DNA from: an uncultured bacterium
GTDB taxonomy: Bacteria; SAR324; NAC60-12
Reading direction: 5' to 3'
Length of the DNA stretch: 64,000 bases
Assembly: GCA_965662235.1 (NCBI GenBank)
Contig: CBFIGY010000001.1
Span: 320,001 to 384,000, forward strand
Made by a program: the position numbers and the translations under genes. Positions 8,391-17,975 of this stretch are shown here, piece after piece. The notes under the pieces were generated by a model. The model was not told the origin of the DNA. It ran no database searches and worked only from the letters and a program-made list of their open reading frames with translations. The stretch's first letter is position 1; the number at the start of each line of letters is the position of its first letter.

Positions 8391-10178
8391 TTAGGCCGCC
8401 GTGCGGGTGATTTCCGGCTTCCGGAACTGGAGTTCTGCCAAGCGGGCATAGAGCGGAGAGGTCTGAAGCAGCTCGCTGTGGGTGCCTAGGGCGACCACCT
8501 GACCTTGGTCCATGACCGCAATGCGGTCCGCATCCATCACGGTGGCCAGCCGGTGGGCAATGACCAGGGTCGTCCGGCCTCGCATGAGCGGGATGAGGGC
8601 GTCTTGCACCACCCGTTCGCTCTCCGCATCAAGGGCGCTGGTGGCTTCATCCAGCAGCAGCAGTGTGGGGTCCCGGAGGATGGCGCGGGCAATGGCGAGC
8701 CGTTGCCGCTGCCCCCCAGAAAGCCGAACCCCTTGTTCGCCGAGGAAGCTGTCGTAGCCTTCCGGAAGCGCGCTCAGGAAGTCGTGGGCATGAGCCGAAC
8801 GGGTGGCCGCTAGGATTTCGGCTTCGCTGGCTTCAGGTTTGCCATACCGGAGGTTCTCCCAGACGGTGGTGCTGAACAGCGTCGGTTGCTGTGGAACCAG
8901 CGCTAGGTGCTCGCGTAGATCGGCCAGTCGGAGGTTCCGGAGGTCCACCCCATCAAAGCAAATGCGCCCCTGCTGCGGGTCGTAGAAGCGGATGAGCAGG
9001 TCGAGCAGAGTGGACTTGCCGGCCCCGGAGGGTCCAACCAAGGCGAGCGTCATGCCGGCGTCAACCTGCAGACTGAGGTTCCGGAGGGCCGGAACGTCCG
9101 GGCGGGACGGGTAGGCGAAGGTGACGTTTTCTAGGGAAACGGCTCCCTGCACCGGCTGAGTGAGGACTTGAGGAGTGGCCGGATCCTGAATGGCGGGCTG
9201 AGCTTCAAGCAGCTCCATGAGCCGCTCTGTGGCGCCAGCGGCCCGTTGCAGGTCACCGATGACCTCGCTGAGGAAGCCGAGGGAGCTTGCGACAATGAGG
9301 GCGTAAAACACAAACGCGGCCAGCTCGCCTGGGGTGATGCGTCCGGCCAGCACATCCTGTCCGCCGACCCAGAGCATGCCTCCGATGGCGCCCATGACCA
9401 GCGTCATCACCACCGCAATCAGCACCGCACGCTGACGGATGCGCTGACGTCCGGCCTGGAAGGCGGCTTCGACGTGCTGACCAAAGGCGGTTTCGTCATA
9501 CGATTGGTGATTGGTGGCCTGGACGATCTTGATGTGCTGCAGGGCTTCACCAACGTAAGCGCCAACCGAGGCGACCTTGTCTTGGCTGTCACGGGAAAGC
9601 TTCCGGACCCGGCGTCCAAAGATCACAATCGGAGAAACCAGCAGCGGAACTGCAACCAGCACAATGGCGGTCAGCTTGGGGTTGGTCCAAAACAGCCACC
9701 CCACGCCACCAATCAGCATGAGGGCGTTCCGTAGGGCAACAGAGAGGGAGGAGCCGATGACGGTCTGGAGGACGGTGGTGTCAGCGGTGATGCGGGCCTG
9801 AATTTCGCCGCTCAGGTTGGTTTCAAAGAACCCGGGGTGGAGGCGGAGGAGGTGTGAAAAGACTTCCTTGCGCAGGTCGGCACTGACGCGTTCCCCCAGC
9901 CAAGAAACCAGGTAGAAGCGCGCAAAGGTGCCCCCGGCCATGAGGACCACCAGTGTCAGAAAGATCAGCAGCGTTTGGGTGAGGGCTTCTGGAGAACCGG
10001 CAACAAACCCTTGGTCAATGAGCAGTCGGACGCCCTGTCCCAAGGAAAGGGAGATGCCGGCTGTAAAGATCAGGGCGATCGCTGCGCCAATCAGGCGGGT
10101 TGTGTAGCGCCTGAGGAAGCGTAGAGCTGGCAGAAAGTTGGAAAGCCGTTTGCTTTTTGCCCGGCCAGCGGTGTCCAT
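8391..10178 (-). CDS. MsbA-related ABC exporter (fused TM and ATP-binding domains)
   Basis: Six-TM domain, GPSGAGKST, LSGGQRQR, LLLDEATSALD, IAHRL. Start set at MDTAGR (10178). Confidence 0.9.
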   Translation of the reverse strand: MDTAGRAKSKRLSNFLPALRFLRRYTTRLIGAAIALIFTAGISLSLGQGVRLLIDQGFVAGSPEALTQTLLIFLTLVVLMAGGTFARFYLVSWLGERVSADLRKEVFSHLLRLHPGFFETNLSGEIQARITADTTVLQTVIGSSLSVALRNALMLIGGVGWLFWTNPKLTAIVLVAVPLLVSPIVIFGRRVRKLSRDSQDKVASVGAYVGEALQHIKIVQATNHQSYDETAFGQHVEAAFQAGRQRIRQRAVLIAVVMTLVMGAIGGMLWVGGQDVLAGRITPGELAAFVFYALIVASSLGFLSEVIGDLQRAAGATERLMELLEAQPAIQDPATPQVLTQPVQGAVSLENVTFAYPSRPDVPALRNLSLQVDAGMTLALVGPSGAGKSTLLDLLIRFYDPQQGRICFDGVDLRNLRLADLREHLALVPQQPTLFSTTVWENLRYGKPEASEAEILAATRSAHAHDFLSALPEGYDSFLGEQGVRLSGGQRQRLAIARAILRDPTLLLLDEATSALDAESERVVQDALIPLMRGRTTLVIAHRLATVMDADRIAVMDQGQVVALGTHSELLQTSPLYARLAELQFRKPEITRTAA

Positions 10179-10363
10179 CAAGAGGCGTCTGAAGAGGTCG
10201 CAAAAGGTCCGGACGCACGGATCGCCAGTGCCTGCACGGCCTGAGCGCTTCCGTAAAGCAAGGAGCAGCGGTTGGAGGCTCCGTAGGCATGGTTCATTTC
10301 CTTCAGCCAGGCCAGTTCCTGCAGGCGCTGCTGAACCATCCACCGCCAATAAGTTTTTGACAT
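10178..10363 (-). CDS. Small hypothetical protein (61 aa) translationally coupled to the ABC exporter
   Basis: GGAG 6 nt before ATG; its TGA overlaps the exporter ATG (TGATG). Confidence 0.45.
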   Translation of the reverse strand: MSKTYWRWMVQQRLQELAWLKEMNHAYGASNRCSLLYGSAQAVQALAIRASGPFATSSDAS

Positions 10364-10529
10364 GTCACGCTCCGTATGAGTAAAACTTTTACCCTAGAGT
10401 AGCGCTTTTTAGAAAAAAGAGAAATTGTGCCGTTCAATGGGGTTTGCTTTTTTGATTGGAGAAATTGTCAATCAGAAGCAGGCCTTAACCTCATTTCAAT
10501 TCAACTTCAATTCAAGCGGAAGGAGTGCA

Positions 10530-10814
10530 TTGCGTGTTTTTGTGTGCCTGGCGACGTTGCTGCTGACCGGAAGCAGCCTAGGGGCAACGGGGCTGGACTA
10601 CGCCAAGTTGCGTCAGTTCATTGAAGAACGTCAGTCCCGACAGAAGATGCTTTCCACCTCCACCGTCCGCAATCCGGTCTTGGACTACAAGAAGCTGGAG
10701 GCGGTGGTGAAGGAGCATCAGCGGGAAAAGCCGGACCTGACGCGGGTCAAGCAAACGGTCTTCTGTCAGGGGTGCTACGTCAAGTCCGTCCTGATCTCCA
10801 GGCGGGAGCGTTAG
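10530..10814 (+). CDS. Small secreted hypothetical protein with C-terminal CxxC
   Basis: AGGAG RBS before TTG 10530; signal-like MRVFVCLATLLLTGSSLGA; FCQGCY near the C-terminus. Confidence 0.5.
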   Translation: MRVFVCLATLLLTGSSLGATGLDYAKLRQFIEERQSRQKMLSTSTVRNPVLDYKKLEAVVKEHQREKPDLTRVKQTVFCQGCYVKSVLISRRER

Positions 10815-10823
10815 GGCGGGGGC

Positions 10824-11576
10824 ATGGTTGCACAGTCGTTCAAGGATTACTTTTCTCAGCAGTCCGTCACGTATGCCCAGAGCCGTCCGCGCTATCCGGA
10901 AGCCCTGTTTGCGTTTTTGGTGCAGCAAGTCGGCTCGTGTCAGCGGGCCTGGGATGCCGGATGCGGCAACGGGCAGGCGTCTGTGGGACTGGCTGCCCAT
11001 TTTGAACAGGTGGTGGCGACGGATCCGAGCCGTGCTCAGCTGGACCAAGCGGAGGCTCCGGCCCATGTGCGCTTTGTGAAGGCAGCCGAGACCTGCTCTG
11101 AGCTTGCTGACGCGAGCGTGGACCTGGTCACGGTAGCACAGGCGCTCCACTGGTTTGACCGCCCTCGGTTTTATGAGGAGGTCCGGAGGGTGTTGCGTCC
11201 AGGTGGTTGGGTGGCCTGTTGGACCTACAACCTTCCCCGCTTTGATCCGGGGGTAGACGCTCTGGTGGATCGGTTCTACCATGATCAGGTCGGGTCGTTC
11301 TGGAACATGGAGCGACGCTTCGTGGAAGCCGGCTATGCCACCCTTGACTTTCCCTTCCGGGAGGTCCAGGCTCCGCCCTTTGAGATCCGCACGGTGTGGT
11401 CGTTGGATCAGCTGCTGCAGTACCTCAGGAGCTGGTCGGCCACCCGGCACTTCATGGAGGCACGTGGAGTGGATCCGGTGGAGGCCTATGAAACTGATTT
11501 TTCACGTGTTTGGGGAAGTCCGGAAACGGAGCGTGAAGGACGGTGGCCGGTTCACATGCGCTTGGGGCAGCCATGA
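10824..11576 (+). CDS. Class I SAM-dependent methyltransferase
   Basis: YAQSRPRYP, WDAGCGNGQ, DLVTVAQALHWF, RVLRPGG. Confidence 0.9.
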   Translation: MVAQSFKDYFSQQSVTYAQSRPRYPEALFAFLVQQVGSCQRAWDAGCGNGQASVGLAAHFEQVVATDPSRAQLDQAEAPAHVRFVKAAETCSELADASVDLVTVAQALHWFDRPRFYEEVRRVLRPGGWVACWTYNLPRFDPGVDALVDRFYHDQVGSFWNMERRFVEAGYATLDFPFREVQAPPFEIRTVWSLDQLLQYLRSWSATRHFMEARGVDPVEAYETDFSRVWGSPETEREGRWPVHMRLGQP

Positions 11577-11782
11577 CCTTCAATCAGTGGCTGGTGCTGC
11601 TGGCGGGAGCCGTGGGCCTGATCGCGGCTGGTTACGAGATCTGGCACCGGTTCCGGCGGTGGAAGCAGCAACCCGAGGAACTCAATGAATTGGATCTGGA
11701 CCGCATGGTACGGTTGGCAATCGTGTTTGCTGTGCTTGTGGCCAGCATCTGGCTAGGGATGCCTGACATCTTTGGCACCTGA
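11573..11782 (+). CDS. Small two-TM membrane protein
   Basis: ATGA overlap with the methyltransferase stop; two hydrophobic helices flanking a charged loop. Confidence 0.6.
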   Translation: MTFNQWLVLLAGAVGLIAAGYEIWHRFRRWKQQPEELNELDLDRMVRLAIVFAVLVASIWLGMPDIFGT

Positions 11783-11817
11783 GCAGAATGCCCTGCTCAT
11801 CAAAACAGGAGGATTTT

Positions 11818-12072
11818 ATGAAAATGTCACTGCTCAAGCAGTTTCCCCTAGAGGAACTCAAGCTCGTCTATCAGGTCCTGCACCGCAACCTGAAGCATGA
11901 GCCCGAGCTATGGGACTCAATGATGCTCGAGCAGCTTCAGATGGAGCTGCAGCAGCACGCCTCCCGTCAAGGGTACAACACTTCCATTCACCTGGAGTGG
12001 GAGCGTTTTCTTCAAAATGAGCCCCGCCGCAACCCACCGCATCTGCAGGTGTTTGAAGGCGGGCTCGCCTAA
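11818..12072 (+). CDS. Hypothetical protein
   Basis: CAGGAGG RBS before ATG 11818; helical, protein-like composition. Confidence 0.65.
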   Translation: MKMSLLKQFPLEELKLVYQVLHRNLKHEPELWDSMMLEQLQMELQQHASRQGYNTSIHLEWERFLQNEPRRNPPHLQVFEGGLA

Positions 12073-12653
12073 TCTCCCGTCAGTTGCTCCGGAGCATGCT
12101 TCTGGAGCAGCTGTATCCGAATCGTCCCATACGTCTTTTCACGCTGCAGCTTCCAGTTTGGAGGAGGCGCGAGCGTTTTCTCCACCGGACTCTCCACCAC
12201 CATCCACGACCCTTCCGGAAACGCACTTGAGGCGGACAGTAGGGGAAAGAGGACCTCGTACAGGTTGGACTGGTAAGGCGGATCCAGGAAGACAACGCAC
12301 GGGCGTTGCTCCGGATTGTCAAAGGTAGGGAGCCAGCGCTCTGCGCGTTCGGCGAGCACTTCCGCCTGCTCCGGAGGCACCCGGAGGCTGTCTAGGTTCT
12401 GACGCAGCACCTGCAGGTGCCGACGAGAAGGTTCCAGCCAGATCACCCGATCAGCACCGCGGCTGAGGGCTTCCAGCCCCAAGGCTCCGCTTCCTGCGAA
12501 AAGATCCAGCACCAGCTTGCCGTCCCATTCAAGGACGTGATGGAGCATGCTGAAGAGGGCTTCTCGGACCCGGTCGGTGGTGGGCCGGACGCCTCGGCCG
12601 TCCGGGACCTGTAGCTTGCGTCCCCGCCAGGTTCCCGCGATAATGCGAAGCAT
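12069..12653 (-). CDS. rsmD: 16S rRNA m2G966 methyltransferase
   Basis: LRIIAGTWRGRKL, RPTTDRVREALF, LDLFAGSGALGLEALSRGA, DPPY. Confidence 0.95.
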   Translation of the reverse strand: MLRIIAGTWRGRKLQVPDGRGVRPTTDRVREALFSMLHHVLEWDGKLVLDLFAGSGALGLEALSRGADRVIWLEPSRRHLQVLRQNLDSLRVPPEQAEVLAERAERWLPTFDNPEQRPCVVFLDPPYQSNLYEVLFPLLSASSAFPEGSWMVVESPVEKTLAPPPNWKLQREKTYGTIRIQLLQKHAPEQLTGD

Positions 12654-12678
12654 GATGACTCGTTAGTGAAACACGGAT

Positions 12679-13173
12679 TTGGAATCGTTTGTTTTAGGGC
12701 TGGGCAGCAACTTGGGCGACCGCCTCGGGTTCCTGCGTCAGGCTTGTTTTCGGCTGGAGCAGGCCCTAGGCCCGCTGCAGAACTCCCCTGTCTATGAAAG
12801 CCTCCCCCTTTTGGGGATGGAGCAACCCCTTTACTGCAACCAGGTGGTGGGGGGACAGACCGGTTTGCCCCCTCAGGCGCTTCTGGAGCAGTGCCTCCGC
12901 ATTGAGCAGGAGCTGGGTCGGATTCGGACGGAGCACTGGGGCCCTCGGACCATTGATATTGATGTGCTGGCCTATGGAGCCCAGGTGATTGAAGAGCCTG
13001 GCCTGCAGGTGCCACATCCGGGCATTGAGCAGCGGAGTTTTGTGCTGCTTCCCTGGATGAGCCTAGATCCGGACTGGCGGCACCCTCGGAGTGGCCTCAG
13101 TGTGGCGCAGCTTTGGGAGAACTGGCAAGCGCAGGCAACCGAACCTCCTCCGCAGCCACTGGAGCCACGCTAA
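12679..13173 (+). CDS. folK: 6-hydroxymethyl-7,8-dihydropterin pyrophosphokinase
   Basis: LGLGSNLGDR, IEQELGR, WGPRTIDIDVL, PHP, RSFVLLP. Confidence 0.95.
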   Translation: MESFVLGLGSNLGDRLGFLRQACFRLEQALGPLQNSPVYESLPLLGMEQPLYCNQVVGGQTGLPPQALLEQCLRIEQELGRIRTEHWGPRTIDIDVLAYGAQVIEEPGLQVPHPGIEQRSFVLLPWMSLDPDWRHPRSGLSVAQLWENWQAQATEPPPQPLEPR

Positions 13174-13886
13174 CCAAACAGGTCAGGCTGCTGAGGAAGA
13201 GAAGGCGCCGGAGCAGCAGGTTCCGGAACCGGCTCCACGAGGAAGGGGGCATCCACTGAAACGGTGTTGACCTCCCGCGACACCGGCCATGCCTGAAGCC
13301 ACGCGTCTGGACAGGGCTGGAGCCACCGCAGCCAGTCGGCATCGGGACGTCGACGCTCATCCAACCACTCCCACAAAGCCACCTCTTCCAGCAGCGCGGG
13401 CATGCGATTGTGCAGGGGCGTCATGAAGGCGTTGGCAGCGGTGGTAACAATGGCCACGGTGTGCTTGCGGGTCTGGGACGCTAGGTCCACCCATGTGTCA
13501 CAGATGCCTGCGAAGCCCATGGGCTTCCCGGACTGGAGGGAAATGTAGTAGGGTTGCTTTCCGAAGGAGGTCGGCTTCCACTCATAAAAACCGGAGGCAG
13601 GCACCACGCATCGCTCTCGCCGGAGCGGCACCCGAAAGGAAGGCTTTTCCACCAGCGTTTCTGCACGGGCGTTGATGAGGGGCCGGAAGCCCGGCTTCGC
13701 CCAAGCGGGAACAAGCCCCCACTCCCGAGTCTCCAGCGTCCGTCGACCATCTCGCTGCAGCAGGACGGTCACGTCTTGAGCCGGGGCACGGTTGAATCCG
13801 TGCTGCACGGCGGTTTCGGCTGCTTGAATGGAGAAGTGCTCCATGAGCTGAGGCTCCGACTCCTGGAGCACAAAGCGGCCACACAT
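13170..13886 (-). CDS. SOS response-associated peptidase (SRAP; YedK/HMCES family abasic-site crosslinker)
   Basis: MCGRF with Cys2, WGLVP, INARAET, GFYEW, HNRMP. Confidence 0.92.
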   Translation of the reverse strand: MCGRFVLQESEPQLMEHFSIQAAETAVQHGFNRAPAQDVTVLLQRDGRRTLETREWGLVPAWAKPGFRPLINARAETLVEKPSFRVPLRRERCVVPASGFYEWKPTSFGKQPYYISLQSGKPMGFAGICDTWVDLASQTRKHTVAIVTTAANAFMTPLHNRMPALLEEVALWEWLDERRRPDADWLRWLQPCPDAWLQAWPVSREVNTVSVDAPFLVEPVPEPAAPAPSLPQQPDLFG

Positions 13887-13889
13887 GAG

Positions 13890-14984
13890 CTAGGACGCGA
13901 GGCGGAGCAGGGTCTCTCGGGAACCGCCCAGGGCTTCCATGGAAAGGAGGATCTGCTCCCAGGTGGTGTCGTCGATGGGAATGCCTTCTGCCTCCCGGAG
14001 GGCCCGGGTGGCGCGCTCGGGATCACCTGCCACCTGCACCGGAGTGTCTGCTTGTGCTGCCGGAGATTCCTTGAAGTACCGCACCAGCGATGCCACTCCT
14101 TGTTCCATCCATCCCGGCTCCACCAGACGGTTGGGGTCCACGAGGAAGGTCATCATGTTGTTGATGATGCCGCCTTCCCGGGGGTGTTCTGGAGAAATGG
14201 TTCCCCCGCCACTCAGCAGTCCCCCCAGCAACTCACAGAAGAGCGCCAGCCCATAGCCCTTGTAATCGCCCATGGGGGTCAGGGCTCCTTTGGGCGGCAG
14301 AGGCGTGTGCTCTGGGAAGAGGTAGGCTTCCATGACCGCCGGATCCTGAGTGGGCTGTCCCTGGTGGTCAATGACGAGGCCTTCCCGAAGAGTCTCCCCC
14401 TTGTTGAGCGCCACCCGGACCTTCCCGAGCGCCACCCGACTGGTGGCCATGTCCAGCAGCAGCGGAGGCTGCTCAGCGGAACCTGGCATGGCAAGGCAAA
14501 CCGGATTGGTGGCAAAGCGGGCGTCAGAACCGCCGTGCGGGGCGACGAGGGGGGAGTGGTCGGTGACATTGACAAAGTGCACAGAGACGAGTCCGGCAGC
14601 AATCGCTTGCTCGCCGTAGGTGCCAATGCGACCAATGTGGTGGGCGTTCCGCAGGGTCATGAGAACGAGTCCGGACTGCCGGCACTGCTCAATCGACTGC
14701 TCCATGGCCTGACGAGCCATGGCTTGGCCGTAACCGCGCTGTCCGTCAAACATGAGGATCGAGCCGTCTCGCTTGACGCAGGCAACGGTTTGGTTCGGAT
14801 GCAGCAGCCCTGCTTTCAGGTTCCGGACATAGATGGGCAGCATGCCCACGCCGTGGCTGTCGTGTCCGGTCAGGTTGGCCCCCACTAGGTGGCGGGCCAC
14901 GATCTCCGCTTCCGCAGGTGAACTACCCCCTTGCTGCAGGAGCGCGATGACGACTTGGGTCAGGGACTCAGGAGGCAGAAGCAT
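13890..14984 (-). CDS. Malate/lactate/ureidoglycolate dehydrogenase, LDH2 family (HcxB/YbiC-like)
   Basis: GHDSHGV, HHIGRIG, TNPV, LDMATS, YKGYGL; AGGAGG RBS before the ATG at 14984. Confidence 0.88.
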   Translation of the reverse strand: MLLPPESLTQVVIALLQQGGSSPAEAEIVARHLVGANLTGHDSHGVGMLPIYVRNLKAGLLHPNQTVACVKRDGSILMFDGQRGYGQAMARQAMEQSIEQCRQSGLVLMTLRNAHHIGRIGTYGEQAIAAGLVSVHFVNVTDHSPLVAPHGGSDARFATNPVCLAMPGSAEQPPLLLDMATSRVALGKVRVALNKGETLREGLVIDHQGQPTQDPAVMEAYLFPEHTPLPPKGALTPMGDYKGYGLALFCELLGGLLSGGGTISPEHPREGGIINNMMTFLVDPNRLVEPGWMEQGVASLVRYFKESPAAQADTPVQVAGDPERATRALREAEGIPIDDTTWEQILLSMEALGGSRETLLRLAS

Positions 14985-15014
14985 GGGGCCTCCTGATGTC
15001 AACGGTCAGTGGGC

Positions 15015-16208
15015 TCATGCTCCGGTGAAGGCCTGGAGCCCGGTTTGGGCCCGTCCCAGGATGAGGGCGTGAATGTCGTGGGTGCCTTCGTAGGTGTTCA
15101 CGGTCTCTAGGTTGATGAGGTGCCGCATGACGTGGTACTCGTCAGAGATGCCGTTGCCGCCATGCATGTCCCGGGAAAGCCGAGCCACGTCCAAGGCCTT
15201 GCCGCAGTTGTTGCGCTTCATCAAGGAGATCAGTTCTGGAGGACACTGGCCTTCGTCCATGAGCCGAGCCATTTGCAGGCAGCCCTGCAGGCCAAGCGTG
15301 ATTTCGGTTTGCATGTCCGCCAGCTTCTTCTGAATGAGTTGGTTGGCGGCTAGGGGACGTCCGAACTGAACGCGGTCCAGGGTGTACTGGCGGGCGGCAT
15401 GCCAGCAGAACTCTGCAGCGCCCAGGGTGCCCCAGGCGATGCCAAACCGAGCCTTGTTGAGGCAGCCGAAGGGGCCCTTCAATCCTTCCACATTCGGAAG
15501 CTCGTTTTCAGCAGGGACAAAGACCTCGTTCATGACGATCTCGCCGGTAATCGATGCCTTCAGGGAAAGCTTGCCTCCGACCTTGGGGGCGCTCAGACCG
15601 TCCATGCCCTTTTCCAGAATGAAGCCCCGGATCTTGCCGGCGTCGTTTTTGGCCCAGACGACAAAGACATCAGCAATGGGAGAATTGGTGATCCACATCT
15701 TTGCGCCAGTCAACCGGAAGCCGCCGTCAACGGTCTTGGCCCGGGTTTCCATGCCACCGGGGTCGGAGCCATGGTCGGGCTCGGTCAAACCGAAGCAGCC
15801 CACCCACTCACCGGTGGCGAGTTTGGGGAGGTACTTCTGTCGCTGTTCCTCAGAGCCGTAGGCGAAGATGGGGTACATGACGAGGCTGGACTGCACGCTC
15901 ATGGCCGAGCGGTAACCGGAGTCCACCCGCTCCACTTCGCGGGCGATCAGGCCATAGGCCACGTGGTTGGCCCCGACGCCTCCGTATTCCTCAGGAATGG
16001 TTGCTCCCAGGAAGCCCAGCTCTCCCAACTCGTTCATGATCTCACGGTCAAAACGCTCCTGACGGGTCGCCTCAAGGATGCGGGGCATGAGCTTGGACTG
16101 GCAGTAGTCGTGAGCCGTGTCACGGATCAGCCGTTCCTCTTCCGTCAGTTGCTCATTGAGAGACAGGGGGTCCGACCAATCAAAGGTCGCGCGTGCAGAC
16201 TGAGACAT
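15015..16208 (-). CDS. gcdH: Glutaryl-CoA dehydrogenase
   Basis: FDWSDPL N-terminus, [50 protein letters not shown]. Confidence 0.93.
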   Translation of the reverse strand: MSQSARATFDWSDPLSLNEQLTEEERLIRDTAHDYCQSKLMPRILEATRQERFDREIMNELGELGFLGATIPEEYGGVGANHVAYGLIAREVERVDSGYRSAMSVQSSLVMYPIFAYGSEEQRQKYLPKLATGEWVGCFGLTEPDHGSDPGGMETRAKTVDGGFRLTGAKMWITNSPIADVFVVWAKNDAGKIRGFILEKGMDGLSAPKVGGKLSLKASITGEIVMNEVFVPAENELPNVEGLKGPFGCLNKARFGIAWGTLGAAEFCWHAARQYTLDRVQFGRPLAANQLIQKKLADMQTEITLGLQGCLQMARLMDEGQCPPELISLMKRNNCGKALDVARLSRDMHGGNGISDEYHVMRHLINLETVNTYEGTHDIHALILGRAQTGLQAFTGA

Positions 16209-16404
16209 AGAAACCTCCGGGATCAGTAAAAAATTAACAACACCTCATGTTAGGGGGCACGTGCGGGTTTCGCAACGGAAATTCCCCCGTGTGGGGTCCA
16301 AGGGAAGCCGCAGGTGGGGTGGGGGATTCGAATTGAAAGCCTTGGGGGAATGCACTATTCTGCATCGCTTGAATTGGCAACCTCACAACCAGGTGGTTTT
16401 CCTC

Positions 16405-16878
16405 ATGCGATGGACAAAATCAATTGTGGCTTTTTGCGGACTGTTCCTCTTCCTAGGGTCAGCCGTTTGGGGCCTCTCTGATGAAGAATTTGAAAGGCGG
16501 TTTCTGGCCCTCTCTGACGCGTTGCGGTGTCCCACTTGTCAAGGTCTGTCCGTCAAAGACTCTGAGGCCGGCTTCTCGGAGCACATGAAGCAGAAGATTG
16601 AGGAGATGATCCGGGCGGGGAAGACAGACGACGAGGTGAAGGCGTTTTTTGTGGATCGTTACGGACAGTGGATCCTCCGGGAGCCGCCCAAGACGGGCTT
16701 CAACTTGCTGCTCTGGGTGCTTCCCGGGGCGGGGTTGGTGCTGGGGTTGGTGCTCGTCCTGCGCCGGTCGCGTCAGTGGGTGAAGGAACCGGAGGCTGAA
16801 CTGCCCGAAGAGGAGTCCCTCACTCCGGAGGAGCAGGCTCGGATCAATAAGGATCTGGAGCGTTTTGAAAACAGTTAG
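16405..16878 (+). CDS. ccmH: Cytochrome c maturation protein CcmH/CcmL (short form, no TPR domain)
   Basis: Signal peptide, LRCPTCQ, RYG, one TM (LLWVLP). Start set at MRWTK. Confidence 0.85.
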   Translation: MRWTKSIVAFCGLFLFLGSAVWGLSDEEFERRFLALSDALRCPTCQGLSVKDSEAGFSEHMKQKIEEMIRAGKTDDEVKAFFVDRYGQWILREPPKTGFNLLLWVLPGAGLVLGLVLVLRRSRQWVKEPEAELPEEESLTPEEQARINKDLERFENS

Positions 16879-16893
16879 CGTCTTTCAAAAGCC

Positions 16894-17922
16894 TCAGGCC
16901 TTGAGGCGAAAGGCGTTGTAGTTGTCAAAGTTGATGCGGAAGTCAAAGCGGGCTTCCGCTTGGTGTTCCTCCAAGTAGCTCTGATAAAGGTGCCCCTCGC
17001 GCTGGAGGTATGACTCGACAAAGGAATCGTCAAAGCGCTCGCGGCTGTCGATCTCAAACAGGCGAGACGCTGCTTCCTTGGGAGAAACATCTAGGTGCAG
17101 GCGCAGGTCGAAGAGGTTTTCGAAGTCAGGCAGGAACAGGGTGGAGCCCCAGATCAGAAGGAGGCCCTCCGGAGGGGCGTAAAAGGGGAATGGCGTGATT
17201 TCCCACGCCTCAAGAAAAGAAGGGCTCTTCTCCTGAACCACCACCTCTCCGCGTGAGAAAGGGTGAAGGATGCTGTCCAGCACCCAGGAGCGTGCTTCCG
17301 GAGACCGCCAGTAGCCTGTGTTGGCAAACTCAAGGCCGAGCAACTCGGTCAGGTCCAACCCGGCGACCAGGAGGCCGAACTCTTCTAGGGCCTCAACCAA
17401 TTCACCGACGAAGAAGGCGTGGCCGCAGTCTTCCGGACCCCCGATTCCCAGAGTCAGGGGCATTCTGGGAGACGCGTCCTTGAGGTCACGCAAGCGGATG
17501 GCAAGGTCAAGGGCTGTGTTGCGGCTGGGATGGAAGATTTCCAGCAGGTCGTTGAGGTACTGGTATTGCAGTCCTCCGTGTGCACGGACCACCTCTTCGC
17601 CTCCTCCAAAAGGGAGCTGTTGATCGGCAAGCCACTCCAGAGCAAGCGGCGCATGCGAGATCCAGAATGTGTCAGGTCGTTGCAGCTGCGGATTCTGGGA
17701 AACCACTTCCTGTGGAGAGCCCTTGACCACTGAAAGGTGGTCCAATTCTCCCCAAGAAGTCAGGTCCGGTTGCTCAGAAAGCAGCAGCAGATGGAAGCCG
17801 CGCTCATCCAGAGTCCGGAGGATTTCACGGAAGTTCAGTAGACGATCTCCAGAAAGCTCGGTGCCCAGGCTGTCGAGGTCAAACGCGAGTTGCTTGATTT
17901 GATTCGGATGAAAATCGTCCAT
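16894..17922 (-). CDS. Hypothetical protein: degenerate HAD-like N-terminus plus degenerate uridine-kinase-like P-loop domain
   Basis: IKQLAFDLDSLG resembles HAD motif I; LGIGGPEDCGHAFF sits where a Walker A would be; LLIWGSTLF...FDLRLHLDVS resembles the kinase C-terminal strands. Confidence 0.55.
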   Translation of the reverse strand: MDDFHPNQIKQLAFDLDSLGTELSGDRLLNFREILRTLDERGFHLLLLSEQPDLTSWGELDHLSVVKGSPQEVVSQNPQLQRPDTFWISHAPLALEWLADQQLPFGGGEEVVRAHGGLQYQYLNDLLEIFHPSRNTALDLAIRLRDLKDASPRMPLTLGIGGPEDCGHAFFVGELVEALEEFGLLVAGLDLTELLGLEFANTGYWRSPEARSWVLDSILHPFSRGEVVVQEKSPSFLEAWEITPFPFYAPPEGLLLIWGSTLFLPDFENLFDLRLHLDVSPKEAASRLFEIDSRERFDDSFVESYLQREGHLYQSYLEEHQAEARFDFRINFDNYNAFRLKA

Positions 17923-17975
17923 AAAAAACGGTCTGCTTTGGGGGTGGCAATGACGTCCAAAACCAATAGTTTTTC

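Noticed and set aside
13554..14888. 444-aa plus-strand ORF
   Set aside because: Antisense to the SRAP and LDH2-family genes; no motifs; typical high-GC shadow frame.
16235..16252. TAACA-N8-TGTTA inverted repeat upstream of gcdH
   Set aside because: Only 5-bp arms in an AT-rich patch, with no second copy or regulator in the window.
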